From: Lachnospiraceae bacterium
GTDB lineage: Bacteria; Bacillota; Clostridia; Lachnospirales; Lachnospiraceae
Assembly (NCBI GenBank): GCA_022769665.1
Contig: JALEIR010000066.1
Location: 3,723-67,722 of the forward strand
DNA length: 64,000 nucleotides
Reading direction: 5' to 3'
The notes under the pieces were generated by a model. It was not told where the DNA came from and searched no databases. It saw only the letters and a program-made list of their open reading frames with translations. Positions within the stretch are counted from its first letter, which is position 1. Each line of letters starts with the position of its first letter. The translations under genes were made by a program, and so were the position numbers. This document shows positions 52,957 to 62,050 of the stretch, in pieces.

Positions 52957-53715
52957 ATGGCTTTATTGGAAGTAAGAAACTTAGGCATTTCTTTTGGCGG
53001 ATTACGGGCAGTAGATGATTTTAGTGTTAATATTGAAAAAGGATGTTTATATGGACTGATTGGACCTAACGGAGCAGGAAAAACGACCGTATTCAATCTT
53101 CTTACAGGAGTATATAAACCCAGTGAAGGAATTATTTCTTTGGACGGTAAAGATATCACGGGTAAGAAAACCATTGAAATTAACAAAGCAGGAATTGCCC
53201 GGACGTTCCAGAATATCAGACTTTTCAAAGAGTTGACTGTTGCAGAGAATGTGAAGGTCGGACTTCATAATCATTTAAAATACAATACTTTGGAGGGGAT
53301 ATTGCGTCTTCCCGGATATCGCACCGTTGAGAAACAGATGCAGGAACAGGCAATGGAACTTTTAAAAGTATTTGATTTGGACGATGAAGCAGATATATTG
53401 GCCGCTAATCTTCCTTACGGAAAACAGCGTAAGCTTGAAATTGCCAGAGCGCTTGCAACGAAACCAAAGCTTTTGCTTTTGGATGAACCTGCTGCAGGAA
53501 TGAATCCAAACGAAACACAGGAGCTTATGGAAACAATACATTTTGTCAGAGAGAATTTTGACATGACGATTTTATTGATTGAACATGATATGCGCCTTGT
53601 CAGCGGTATATGTGAAGAGCTTACTGTATTAAATTTCGGTCGTATGCTCTGCCAGGGTAAAACTGCGGATGTACTGAACAATCCGGAGGTTATCAAAGCA
53701 TATTTGGGTGAGTAA
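52957..53715 (+). CDS. livG: BCAA ABC ATPase
   Basis: GPNGAGKTT, RTFQNIRLF, LLDEPAAG, IEHD. Confidence 0.95.
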   Translation: MALLEVRNLGISFGGLRAVDDFSVNIEKGCLYGLIGPNGAGKTTVFNLLTGVYKPSEGIISLDGKDITGKKTIEINKAGIARTFQNIRLFKELTVAENVKVGLHNHLKYNTLEGILRLPGYRTVEKQMQEQAMELLKVFDLDDEADILAANLPYGKQRKLEIARALATKPKLLLLDEPAAGMNPNETQELMETIHFVRENFDMTILLIEHDMRLVSGICEELTVLNFGRMLCQGKTADVLNNPEVIKAYLGE

Positions 53716-53727
53716 GGAGAAAATGAT

Positions 53728-54438
53728 ATGTCGATGCTGGAAGTGAAGGATTTAAAGGTATATTACGGAATGATTCAGGCAATCAAAGGCGTATCTTTCC
53801 ATGTAGATGAAGGTGAGGTAATTGCACTAATCGGTGCAAACGGTGCAGGAAAAACAACAATTCTGCACACGATATCAGGACTGCTGACACCGAAAGAAGG
53901 TACTGTAACCTTCGAAGGTACGGATATTGTGAAAATACCGGGGCATAAAATTGTATCCATGGGTATGGCACATGTACCCGAAGGAAGACGTGTTTTTGCC
54001 CAACTCTCCGTACTGCAAAATCTGAAAATGGGGGCATATACAAGAAAGGATAAAGCAGAAACAGCACAGACTTTAAAAACTGTCTTTCAACGTTTCCCCA
54101 GATTGGAAGAGCGACAGAACCAGATGGCCGGAACGCTTAGCGTAGGAGAACAACAGATGCTTGCCATGGGAAGAGCACTCATGTCTCATCCTAAGATTAT
54201 TCTGATGGATGAACCCTCCATGGGACTTTCACCTATATTTGTAAATGAAATTTTTGATATTATAAAAGAAGTTAGCAATAGCGGTACGACAGTACTTCTT
54301 GTTGAACAAAATGCCAAAAAAGCGCTTTCTATTGCCGACAGAGCATATGTATTAGAGACCGGTAAAATTGTGCTGGAGGGAAAAGCACAGGATTTGCTGA
54401 ACAATGATTCCATTAAAAAAGCATATTTGGGCGAGTAG
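53728..54438 (+). CDS. livF: BCAA ABC ATPase (signature motif variant LSVGE)
   Basis: GANGAGKTT, VPEGRRVF, MDEPSMG, VEQN. Confidence 0.93.
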   Translation: MSMLEVKDLKVYYGMIQAIKGVSFHVDEGEVIALIGANGAGKTTILHTISGLLTPKEGTVTFEGTDIVKIPGHKIVSMGMAHVPEGRRVFAQLSVLQNLKMGAYTRKDKAETAQTLKTVFQRFPRLEERQNQMAGTLSVGEQQMLAMGRALMSHPKIILMDEPSMGLSPIFVNEIFDIIKEVSNSGTTVLLVEQNAKKALSIADRAYVLETGKIVLEGKAQDLLNNDSIKKAYLGE

Positions 54439-54478
54439 AATATTCACTGCTGCCCCATGGAAAAGGTGGATAGATAAG

Positions 54479-55096
54479 ATGAAAAATATTGTAATTACAA
54501 TTGCTAGACAATACGGAAGCGGCGGCAAAACCATCGGGGAAATGCTTGCTGAAAGGTTAAATGTTCATTTTTACAATAAGGAGCTGATGAAACTGGCAAG
54601 TGAGGACAGCGGAATCAGTGAAGCACTGTTTGTAAATGCTGACGAAAGATCCAAGGGCAGTTGGCGTTTTGGTACACCTAATGTCTATACAGGAGAACTG
54701 ATTCCGCCCGAAAGTGATGACTTTACATCACCGGATAACCTTTTTAACTATCAGGCAAAGGTAATTAAGCGTCTGGCAGAAGAGCAGTCATGTGTTATTG
54801 TCGGAAGATGTGCAGATTTTGTACTGAAAGACTATGACAATGTTTTGAGTGTATTTGTACATGCTCCTCATGATTTTTGTATGGAACAGGCAGCAAAGAA
54901 GCACAGCATGAGCCAGAAGGAACTTGAAAAGTTTATTTTAAAGACCGATAAATTCAGGGCAGAATATTATAAATACCACACAGGACGAGAATGGACAGAC
55001 GCAAGAAATTATGATTTATGTCTTGACAGTTCCAAGTTAGGATTTGAGCGTTGTGTGGATGAAATTATCGCATATATGAACGTTAGATTTAAATAA
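54479..55096 (+). CDS. Cytidylate kinase-like family protein (second paralog)
   Basis: ITIARQYGSGG, IVGRCAD, YDLCLDS. Confidence 0.9.
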   Translation: MKNIVITIARQYGSGGKTIGEMLAERLNVHFYNKELMKLASEDSGISEALFVNADERSKGSWRFGTPNVYTGELIPPESDDFTSPDNLFNYQAKVIKRLAEEQSCVIVGRCADFVLKDYDNVLSVFVHAPHDFCMEQAAKKHSMSQKELEKFILKTDKFRAEYYKYHTGREWTDARNYDLCLDSSKLGFERCVDEIIAYMNVRFK

Positions 55097-55105
55097 ATTT
55101 AAAAG

Positions 55106-55141
55106 AAATAAACGTATGGAAAAACCATACGTTTATTTTTG
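55106..55141. terminator. Bidirectional intrinsic terminator
   Basis: Perfect 14-bp IR AAATAAACGTATGG-AAAAA-CCATACGTTTATTT. Confidence 0.85.
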
Positions 55142-55145
55142 TTTT

Positions 55146-55180
55146 GTACAGAATCACTTCTATTTAGTACAGAATCACTT
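55146..55180. repeat. 14-bp perfect direct repeat, 21-bp period
   Basis: GTACAGAATCACTT at 55146-55159 and 55167-55180. Confidence 0.85.
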
Positions 55181-55798
55181 TTATCGGAAAAACCTAAGTA
55201 CACCGTAAACTTTACCAAGAATCTGACAATTATCAACTATTATGGGATCCATAGTATCATTTTCCGGCTGGAGGCGGATGTGACCGTTCTCTTTATAAAA
55301 AGTCTTTACAGTCGCCGAATCATCAATCAGAGCCACTACAATTTCACCGTTGTTTGCTGTATTGCAGGAATTAACAAACAAGCGGTCACCGTTTAAGATA
55401 CCGGCATTAATCATTGATTCCCCTCGTACATTTAAAATAAAGGATTCGCCCTTTGGAACAACATCAGCCGGTACAGGAAAATACTCCTGAATATTTTCTT
55501 CGGCTAAAATAGGTTGTCCCGCAGCAACATTACCGATAACGGGAATACTTACCATCTCTGTACGTACCATCTGAAAGCTGTCGTCACAGATTTCAATAGC
55601 TCTTGGCTTAGTAGGATCACGGCGAATATAACCGTTCTTTTCCAGTGTTTCCAGGTGAGAGTGAACTGAAGAAGTAGATTTTAAGTTTACTGTCTCACAG
55701 ATTTCGCGAACTGTAGGTGGATAACCTTTCTTTAATATTTCATCTTTGATATAGTCAAGAATTTCCTGCTGTTTTTGCGTAATTTTACCGAATCCCAT
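55181..55798 (-). CDS. lexA: SOS repressor LexA
   Basis: [14 protein letters not shown], cleavage site VAAG, GESM, catalytic K in ATVK. Confidence 0.97.
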   Translation of the reverse strand: MGFGKITQKQQEILDYIKDEILKKGYPPTVREICETVNLKSTSSVHSHLETLEKNGYIRRDPTKPRAIEICDDSFQMVRTEMVSIPVIGNVAAGQPILAEENIQEYFPVPADVVPKGESFILNVRGESMINAGILNGDRLFVNSCNTANNGEIVVALIDDSATVKTFYKENGHIRLQPENDTMDPIIVDNCQILGKVYGVLRFFR

Positions 55799-55850
55799 AC
55801 GGTTACCTCCTTTATATAAATTGAGTTTAGCATAAATAATTGGAAAAAGC

Positions 55851-55945
55851 AAACATATATTCCAAAAATATGTTCGATTTTTGTTGACAAACATTTGTTC
55901 GCATAATATAATTCAAATATAGAACAAATGTTCCGAACAAAAATC
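55851..55945. promoter_or_regulatory. lexA/yneA divergent promoter with SOS boxes
   Basis: Perfect GAAC-AAAT-GTTC at 55922-55933 and AAAC-ATTT-GTTC at 55889-55900. TTGACA (55884-55889)-N17-TATAAT (55907-55912). Confidence 0.85.
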
Positions 55946-55970
55946 GAACAATCCGAAAGGACGTAATTAT

Positions 55971-56363
55971 ATGAAAGAGCAGAAGAGTATTTATGAAATG
56001 AATGACAGGGAATTAAGAAGCTATAAACGCATACTGCGTCTTCGGAGAGAACGCAGACAAAAGACAATTAGATTTTGTGTAACGGTTATCGCAACATTTT
56101 GTATGATACTGGTACTTGCAGCTTCTTACGGAACAATCAAGTCAAATGCAAATTCCGGATTTAAATATTATACAAAGGTTACTGTTAAAGCCGGGGAAAG
56201 CCTTTGGGATATAGCAGATGAATACATTGACTATGATGTATATGAGAGCAAAAACAGTTATATTGCAGAAGTTAAGAGGATGAACCATCTGGAAGACAGT
56301 GATGACATTATGGCAGGACAGACTCTGATTGTACCTTATTATTCTACTGAATATGTTTACTAA
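55971..56363 (+). CDS. yneA: SOS-induced cell division suppressor, LysM domain
   Basis: TM segment plus LysM domain (VKAGESLWDIA ... GQTLIVP); divergent from lexA. Confidence 0.85.
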   Translation: MKEQKSIYEMNDRELRSYKRILRLRRERRQKTIRFCVTVIATFCMILVLAASYGTIKSNANSGFKYYTKVTVKAGESLWDIADEYIDYDVYESKNSYIAEVKRMNHLEDSDDIMAGQTLIVPYYSTEYVY

Positions 56364-56386
56364 TATACAATAATGTTTTTATTATG

Positions 56387-57457
56387 CTATTTGTCATCAT
56401 ATTTTTCACGAAGATGAACAGCATTTGCCGCACGACGTCGACGCTCATCCTCCTGAGCTGCATAATGTTTTCTTGTAGTATTTACATCCTTATGTCCGAG
56501 TACGTCTGCAACAAGATAGATATCCCCGGTTTCCCGATATAGTGAAGTACCGTATGTACTTCTCAACTTATGTGGAGTAATTTTTTTAAGTGTTGTCACT
56601 CTTGAAGCATATTTCTTTACAAGATTTTCAACGGACCGTACGGACAATCTTCGATTCTGAAGCGATAAAAAAAACGCATTCTCATGGCCTTCAGCTGCGA
56701 TGATATGTTTACGTTCATCCAGGTAATCCAGGAGAGCCATTTCTACTTCATCACCAAAATAGATAACAGCCTCGTAGCCTCCTTTTCGACGTATTTTAAT
56801 ACCGTTAACATCAAAATTAATGTCCTGAATATCAAGTCCGACACATTCCGATACACGAATACCGGTTCCCAAAAGTAATGTTAGTAAAGCCACATCTCTG
56901 ATTTTTGTTTTTTTATGATATTCCAGTTCTTTTTTCGTAAGCTTTGTACCGTCTTCCACCTGGTCCAGAAGAATTGCAACTTCATTTGGTTCCAAACGAA
57001 TAATTTCTTTTTCATGCTTTTTAGGCATTGGAACAAGTGATGCAGGGTTATTTTTTATCATTTCTCCTTGAAAGAAATAATTATACATACTGCGAAGAGC
57101 AGCCAGTTTCCGTTCCTTTCCGCGTTCATCGTTTGTGATTTCTTTACCGTCTTTTTCATATAGTGAAAGATATTCCAAGTATTCTTCAATATCTCCGCGT
57201 GTAAGATTTTCTAAAATATCTATTGAAAAATCTTTTATTTCCTGTTTGGCATATATAGGATTATTCTCATGTATATACTCAAAAAAAAGCCTTAAATCAT
57301 AGGCATAAGCGAGGCGGGTACGTGAAGATGTATATTCTTCAATTCCTCGAAAAAAGTTTTTACAGAAAGAGGGCAGAGTTTCAAGAACTGCTCGCATTTT
57401 TAATATATTTTGTTTATTTTGTTCATCATGATAATTATTTGGATTCATTACTGCCAT
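56387..57457 (-). CDS. Tyrosine recombinase (XerC/XerS-like)
   Basis: Catalytic set intact: GIRVSE, RKGG, HKLR, LGH, HY. Confidence 0.9.
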   Translation of the reverse strand: MAVMNPNNYHDEQNKQNILKMRAVLETLPSFCKNFFRGIEEYTSSRTRLAYAYDLRLFFEYIHENNPIYAKQEIKDFSIDILENLTRGDIEEYLEYLSLYEKDGKEITNDERGKERKLAALRSMYNYFFQGEMIKNNPASLVPMPKKHEKEIIRLEPNEVAILLDQVEDGTKLTKKELEYHKKTKIRDVALLTLLLGTGIRVSECVGLDIQDINFDVNGIKIRRKGGYEAVIYFGDEVEMALLDYLDERKHIIAAEGHENAFFLSLQNRRLSVRSVENLVKKYASRVTTLKKITPHKLRSTYGTSLYRETGDIYLVADVLGHKDVNTTRKHYAAQEDERRRRAANAVHLREKYDDK

Positions 57458-58175
57458 AAACAGAATTCCAACCTTTCATATTGCTGTTTACAATCGCGGT
57501 AAACATTCGTTCTTTCACTCCTGGATTTTCCAGATTCAAGTCTCGCAGCAGATTTTTTACATATTCACGTTTGGTATGTCCGTCTGCAGGACAAGGACTT
57601 TTCACAACAGGAACCTGATATTTATTAACAAAACCGATGACATCGGCTTCATTCATGTATATCAAAGGTCGTATTACAGTAAGACCGGTTCTGTCCAAAT
57701 AGGTAACCGGATTAAAAGTATGAAAACGACCTTCAAAAATGAGAGACATGAGCATGGTTTCGACAACATCGTCTTTATGATGGGCATAAGCTACTTTATT
57801 ACAGCCGGCATCTTTTATAGCTTGATTAAGAGCACCTTTTCTCATCTTAGCACATAAAGAACAGGGATTTTCTTCTTTTCGCTGTTCAAAGACAATTTGT
57901 GCAATATCGGTTTTGACAATAGTATATTCCACATCAAGATTTTTACAAAGCTCTATGATTTTTTGAAGATTCAAATTATCAAAACCTAAATCAACTGTTA
58001 CAGCATGAATGTCAAAATGTTTTGGATAAAACCTTTTCAATCCATGTAAGGCATACAATAATGTAAGACTGTCTTTTCCACCTGATATTCCTATAGCAAT
58101 CCGGTCGCCATCATCAATCATATGATAATCATCAATGGCTTTACGAACATAACTTAAAACTTGTTGAAGTTTCAT
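57435..58175 (-). CDS. ttcA: TtcA-like PP-loop tRNA thiolation protein
   Basis: SGGKDS, CSLC, HHKDD, IRPL. Confidence 0.85.
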   Translation of the reverse strand: MKLQQVLSYVRKAIDDYHMIDDGDRIAIGISGGKDSLTLLYALHGLKRFYPKHFDIHAVTVDLGFDNLNLQKIIELCKNLDVEYTIVKTDIAQIVFEQRKEENPCSLCAKMRKGALNQAIKDAGCNKVAYAHHKDDVVETMLMSLIFEGRFHTFNPVTYLDRTGLTVIRPLIYMNEADVIGFVNKYQVPVVKSPCPADGHTKREYVKNLLRDLNLENPGVKERMFTAIVNSNMKGWNSVYGSNESK

Positions 58176-58396
58176 AAATCCTCTTTTCCGGGAAGTAAAA
58201 ATTTCTTTAAGTACCCCAAAATGATATATATATTTTAGCTTTTTTATACTTCAAAGACAATAGGGAATTATAATTAGGGCATAATGAAAAATGTAGCATT
58301 TTATTTGGAAAAATTCATAGCCGAGACTTGTTATATCGAATTATTAATAGTATTATGATTAATATAAGAATTCATTTAAAGGAAGAGGAAACTTTC

Positions 58397-59779
58397 ATGA
58401 AATTAAAAATCAACAATAAATATTTTCGGTGGGGGCTTACAGCATTTCTTGTAATTGCAGCAGGAATTATATTTTATTATTTTATGTTTCACAGTTCTAA
58501 TATAAAAGCAGGTTTCAACATGATCATTGACATCCTGATGCCGGTTGTAGTCGGGATGGCAATTGCTTATTTACTGACACCTGTACTAAATTTTATAGAA
58601 CGTAAGCTTTTGCAGCCTTTTTGCGATAAATGTAAAATAAAGAAGTCGAAAAAAAGGAACAGCATAGTCAGAGGATTCGGAATCCTTATTACGGCATTTT
58701 TATTTATTGCATTGATTTATATTTTGTTCTACATGTTGATATCTCAAATTGTTCCCAGTGTTCAAAGCATTATTTCAAATTTTGATAAATATACGGCTAA
58801 CATTACAAAAATATTAAATAAAATACTGGAGGACAATCCGGAGGCTGGTTCTTATCTGATAAAAACAGTAAATAAATACTCCGATGAATTGGAGCAATGG
58901 TTTACAGATATTCTTCCCAATACAGTTGAATTAATTAAGACAGTATCATTAAGTGTTATTAATGTTTTTGGATTCCTCTGGGATTTTGTAATTGGATTTA
59001 TTATTTCCATATATGTATTGGCAAGTAAAGAAAAGTTTGCCGGACAGGCAAAAAAGATATCTTATGCAATATTTGAACAGGATACGGCGAACAATGTTAT
59101 TAAGAATTTTCGCTTTACACATCAAACCTTTATCGGCTTCCTCGGCGGCAAAATTATGGATTCCATAATAATCGGTTTATTATGTTTTATCGGCACAACT
59201 ATTATGGGGACGCCATATGCTGCACTGGTAAGTGTTATCATTGGTGTGACAAATATCATACCGTTTTTTGGACCTTTCCTCGGCGGTGTACCTTGCGCTT
59301 TTTTGGTATTTGTGGTAGATCCTTTACATCCTTTAAACTGTGTTTACTTTATTCTTTTTGTCATAATACTTCAACAATTTGACGGAAATATTCTTGGACC
59401 AAAAATTTTGGGTAATTCCACAGGCCTTACAGGATTCTGGGTTATTTTTTCTATTACTTTTTTCGGAGGCTTATTCGGAGTTTTGGGAATGATAATCGGT
59501 GTCCCGATTTTTGCTGTTATATATGCTGCAATCCGTTCAGCAATAAATACATTACTTAAAAAGAAAAAGTTGCCTACGGACGGAAAACAATATGAGGAAG
59601 TCGATTATGTGGATGAAGAAGGAAATTTCCACAAAAAAGAAATTTCTGAAAACATTAAAAACAGTTCAAATAAGAAAAGGGAAACAGTAAAAACTTCTGT
59701 TACTTCTGAAGAAACAGAAACCGTTTCCGAGCTTGGAAAGGAAAAAGCAGATGAGATTTCTGGTTCAGAGAGTAAATAA
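58397..59779 (+). CDS. AI-2E family transporter
   Basis: NIIPFFGP, QQFDGNILGPKILG, GMIIGVP. Confidence 0.92.
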   Translation: MKLKINNKYFRWGLTAFLVIAAGIIFYYFMFHSSNIKAGFNMIIDILMPVVVGMAIAYLLTPVLNFIERKLLQPFCDKCKIKKSKKRNSIVRGFGILITAFLFIALIYILFYMLISQIVPSVQSIISNFDKYTANITKILNKILEDNPEAGSYLIKTVNKYSDELEQWFTDILPNTVELIKTVSLSVINVFGFLWDFVIGFIISIYVLASKEKFAGQAKKISYAIFEQDTANNVIKNFRFTHQTFIGFLGGKIMDSIIIGLLCFIGTTIMGTPYAALVSVIIGVTNIIPFFGPFLGGVPCAFLVFVVDPLHPLNCVYFILFVIILQQFDGNILGPKILGNSTGLTGFWVIFSITFFGGLFGVLGMIIGVPIFAVIYAAIRSAINTLLKKKKLPTDGKQYEEVDYVDEEGNFHKKEISENIKNSSNKKRETVKTSVTSEETETVSELGKEKADEISGSESK

Positions 59780-60203
59780 GGCAAGTGTGGAGGTTGATGG
59801 CGAAATCATCGGAAAAATAGAAAAAGGATTTCTTGTTTTTATTGGAATTTCCGAAACAGATGATAGGATTATTGCCGACAAAATGGTAAAAAAGCTGATA
59901 GGGCTCCGTATCTTTGATGACGAAAATGATAAAATTAATCTTGACTTAAAATCTGTAGGAGGGCAATTACTGCTTATCTCGCAATTTACATTATATGCTG
60001 ATTGTAAAAAAGGTAACAGACCATCTTTTGTAAATGCAGGCGCGCCGGAAATGGCCAATGCAATATATCAGTATATTATTGAACAATGCAGAAAAGAAAT
60101 TCCGATAGTAGAAGAGGGAAAATTTGGAGCTGACATGAAGGTTTCTTTACAAAATGACGGTCCTTTTACAATTATACTTGATTCTTCAGAAATTTGTCAT
60201 TAA
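59751..60203 (+). CDS. dtd: D-aminoacyl-tRNA deacylase
   Basis: VQRV, ISQFTL, NDGPFT. Confidence 0.95.
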   Translation: MRFLVQRVNKASVEVDGEIIGKIEKGFLVFIGISETDDRIIADKMVKKLIGLRIFDDENDKINLDLKSVGGQLLLISQFTLYADCKKGNRPSFVNAGAPEMANAIYQYIIEQCRKEIPIVEEGKFGADMKVSLQNDGPFTIILDSSEICH

Positions 60204-60347
60204 TCGTGCAATTTTTCTGATATTAAGAAAGGTTATTAAGGCAAAACTGTAGTTTAATGTGCATGAAATGTATGGTAAATTAAATATACATAGTAGAAAA
60301 CCTATTATGTGTATATAAAGAAGATACAAACGAAGGGAGATAGTTTT

Positions 60348-61793
60348 ATGGGTCAAATTATTGCATGTATTGTAGGAGTAGTTGTTCTGTTGTTAGTTCT
60401 CATCTTTATGACAGGTTACGTTAAAGCATCACCGGATACAGCGATTATCATTTCAGGATTAAGAAAAAATCCTAAAGTTTTAATTGGTAAAGCCGGGGTA
60501 AAAATTCCTTTTCTTGAGAGAAAGGATGAACTGAACCTGCAATTGATACCGATAGATGTTAAGACATCCAATGCAGTTCCGACAGCGGATTATATAAATA
60601 TCAATGTTGACGCTACCGTAAATGTCAAAATAAGCGATAATGAAGAGAGACTTAAGCTGGCAGCACAGAATTTTCTGAATAAAAATGCCGAATATATCGG
60701 TAGAGTAGCAAGAGAGGTGCTGGAAGGCAATGTACGTGAAATAGTAGGTAAAATGGCATTGGAAGAAATGGTTTCCGATCGTCAGAAATTTGCCCTATTG
60801 GTAAAGGAAAATGCAGAACCTGATTTGGCAGCAATGGGTCTTGATATAATCAGTTTCAATGTACAGAATTTTGTTGACGGAAACGGTGTTATAGAAAATC
60901 TGGGCGTAGATAATATTGTAAAAATCCAGAAAAATGCAGCTATATCACGTGCAGAAAGCGAAAAAGAAATTGCAAAAGCCCAAGCACATGCAAAACGGGA
61001 AGCAAATGAAGCGGAAGTTAATGCTGAGTCTGAAATAGCTAAGAAACAAAATGAATTGGCTATTCAGAAGGCTGAATTAAAACGTGAGGCTGATATTAAG
61101 CAGGCAGAAGCTGATGCTGCATATAAGATTCAGGAAGAAGAGCAACGTAAGACTGTTGAAATAACAACCGCAAATGCTAATATTGCTAAGCAGGAGAAAG
61201 AAATTCTGTTAAAACAGCGTGAAGCTGAAGTTATGGAACAGGCTCTGGATGCACAAGTAAAGAAAAAGGCAGAAGCAGATAAATTTGCAAAACAGCAACA
61301 AGCTGATGCACAGTTGTATGAGCGTCAGCGCGAAGCAGAGGCAAAGAAATTTGAGACCGAAAAAGAAGCTGAAGCAATGAAAGCTCAAGCTGAAGCTAAA
61401 AAGTTTACTATGGAACAGGAAGCTGAGGGTATTCGTACAAGAGGTCTTGCTGAAGCTGAGGCAATCCGGGCAAAAGCTGTTGCAGAAGCTGAAGGTATTG
61501 AGAAAAAAGCTGAAGCTATGGCTAAGATGGGTGAGGCAGCTGTTCTGGAAATGTACTTTAAAGCATTGCCTGAGGTGGTCAAAAATGCAGCTGAGCCACT
61601 TACCGGCGTAGACAGAATTACTATGTATGGCGACGGAAACTCTTCAAAGTTAATGAAAGATATCATGGGAACCGTAGTTCAGGTAACAGATGGTTTAAAA
61701 GAATCTACCGGCGTAGATTTACAAGCTGTACTTTCCGGATTCTTGGCCGGAAAAGTAGCAACTACTGATAAAAAACCTAAGGTGGAGGAATAA
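60348..61793 (+). CDS. Flotillin/SPFH domain protein
   Basis: TM segment, SPFH domain (LEGNVREIVG), long EA-rich coiled coil. Confidence 0.92.
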   Translation: MGQIIACIVGVVVLLLVLIFMTGYVKASPDTAIIISGLRKNPKVLIGKAGVKIPFLERKDELNLQLIPIDVKTSNAVPTADYININVDATVNVKISDNEERLKLAAQNFLNKNAEYIGRVAREVLEGNVREIVGKMALEEMVSDRQKFALLVKENAEPDLAAMGLDIISFNVQNFVDGNGVIENLGVDNIVKIQKNAAISRAESEKEIAKAQAHAKREANEAEVNAESEIAKKQNELAIQKAELKREADIKQAEADAAYKIQEEEQRKTVEITTANANIAKQEKEILLKQREAEVMEQALDAQVKKKAEADKFAKQQQADAQLYERQREAEAKKFETEKEAEAMKAQAEAKKFTMEQEAEGIRTRGLAEAEAIRAKAVAEAEGIEKKAEAMAKMGEAAVLEMYFKALPEVVKNAAEPLTGVDRITMYGDGNSSKLMKDIMGTVVQVTDGLKESTGVDLQAVLSGFLAGKVATTDKKPKVEE

Positions 61794-61794
61794 A

Positions 61795-61971
61795 ATGGCA
61801 AAAGATAGATTTGAAAAAGTATATTCGCAGGGAACAATGAATGTAACAGAAATTTGGGTAGATAAAGAAACCGGTGTAAACTATATGTTTCATGCAAGTG
61901 GTTATGCCGGTGGATTAACACCATTACTTGACAGAGACGGAAAACCTGTTATTTCAACAGTTATCAGTTAG
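61795..61971 (+). CDS. Small protein, DUF6440-like (not in ORF track)
   Basis: Own translation: MAKDRFEKVYSQGTMNVTEIWVDKETGVNYMFHASGYAGGLTPLLDRDGKPVISTVIS*. RBS GGAGG lies in the end of the flotillin gene. Confidence 0.75.
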   Translation: MAKDRFEKVYSQGTMNVTEIWVDKETGVNYMFHASGYAGGLTPLLDRDGKPVISTVIS

Positions 61972-62005
61972 GCTGATAATTACTGTTAATAATATTTATA
62001 GGTAA

Positions 62006-62050
62006 GACAAAAAGCCCTCGGGTATTTTATGATCCATTGGGCTTTTTGTC
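62006..62050. terminator. Terminator-like inverted repeat at the chromosome/element junction
   Basis: GACAAAAAGCCC (62006-62017) / GGGCTTTTTGTC (62039-62050). Confidence 0.7.

Noticed and set aside
56387-57457. Tyrosine recombinase as the integrase of the terminal mobile element
   Set aside because: Host-like composition, overlaps ttcA, and is separated from the element by housekeeping genes. It is more consistent with a chromosomal Xer enzyme.
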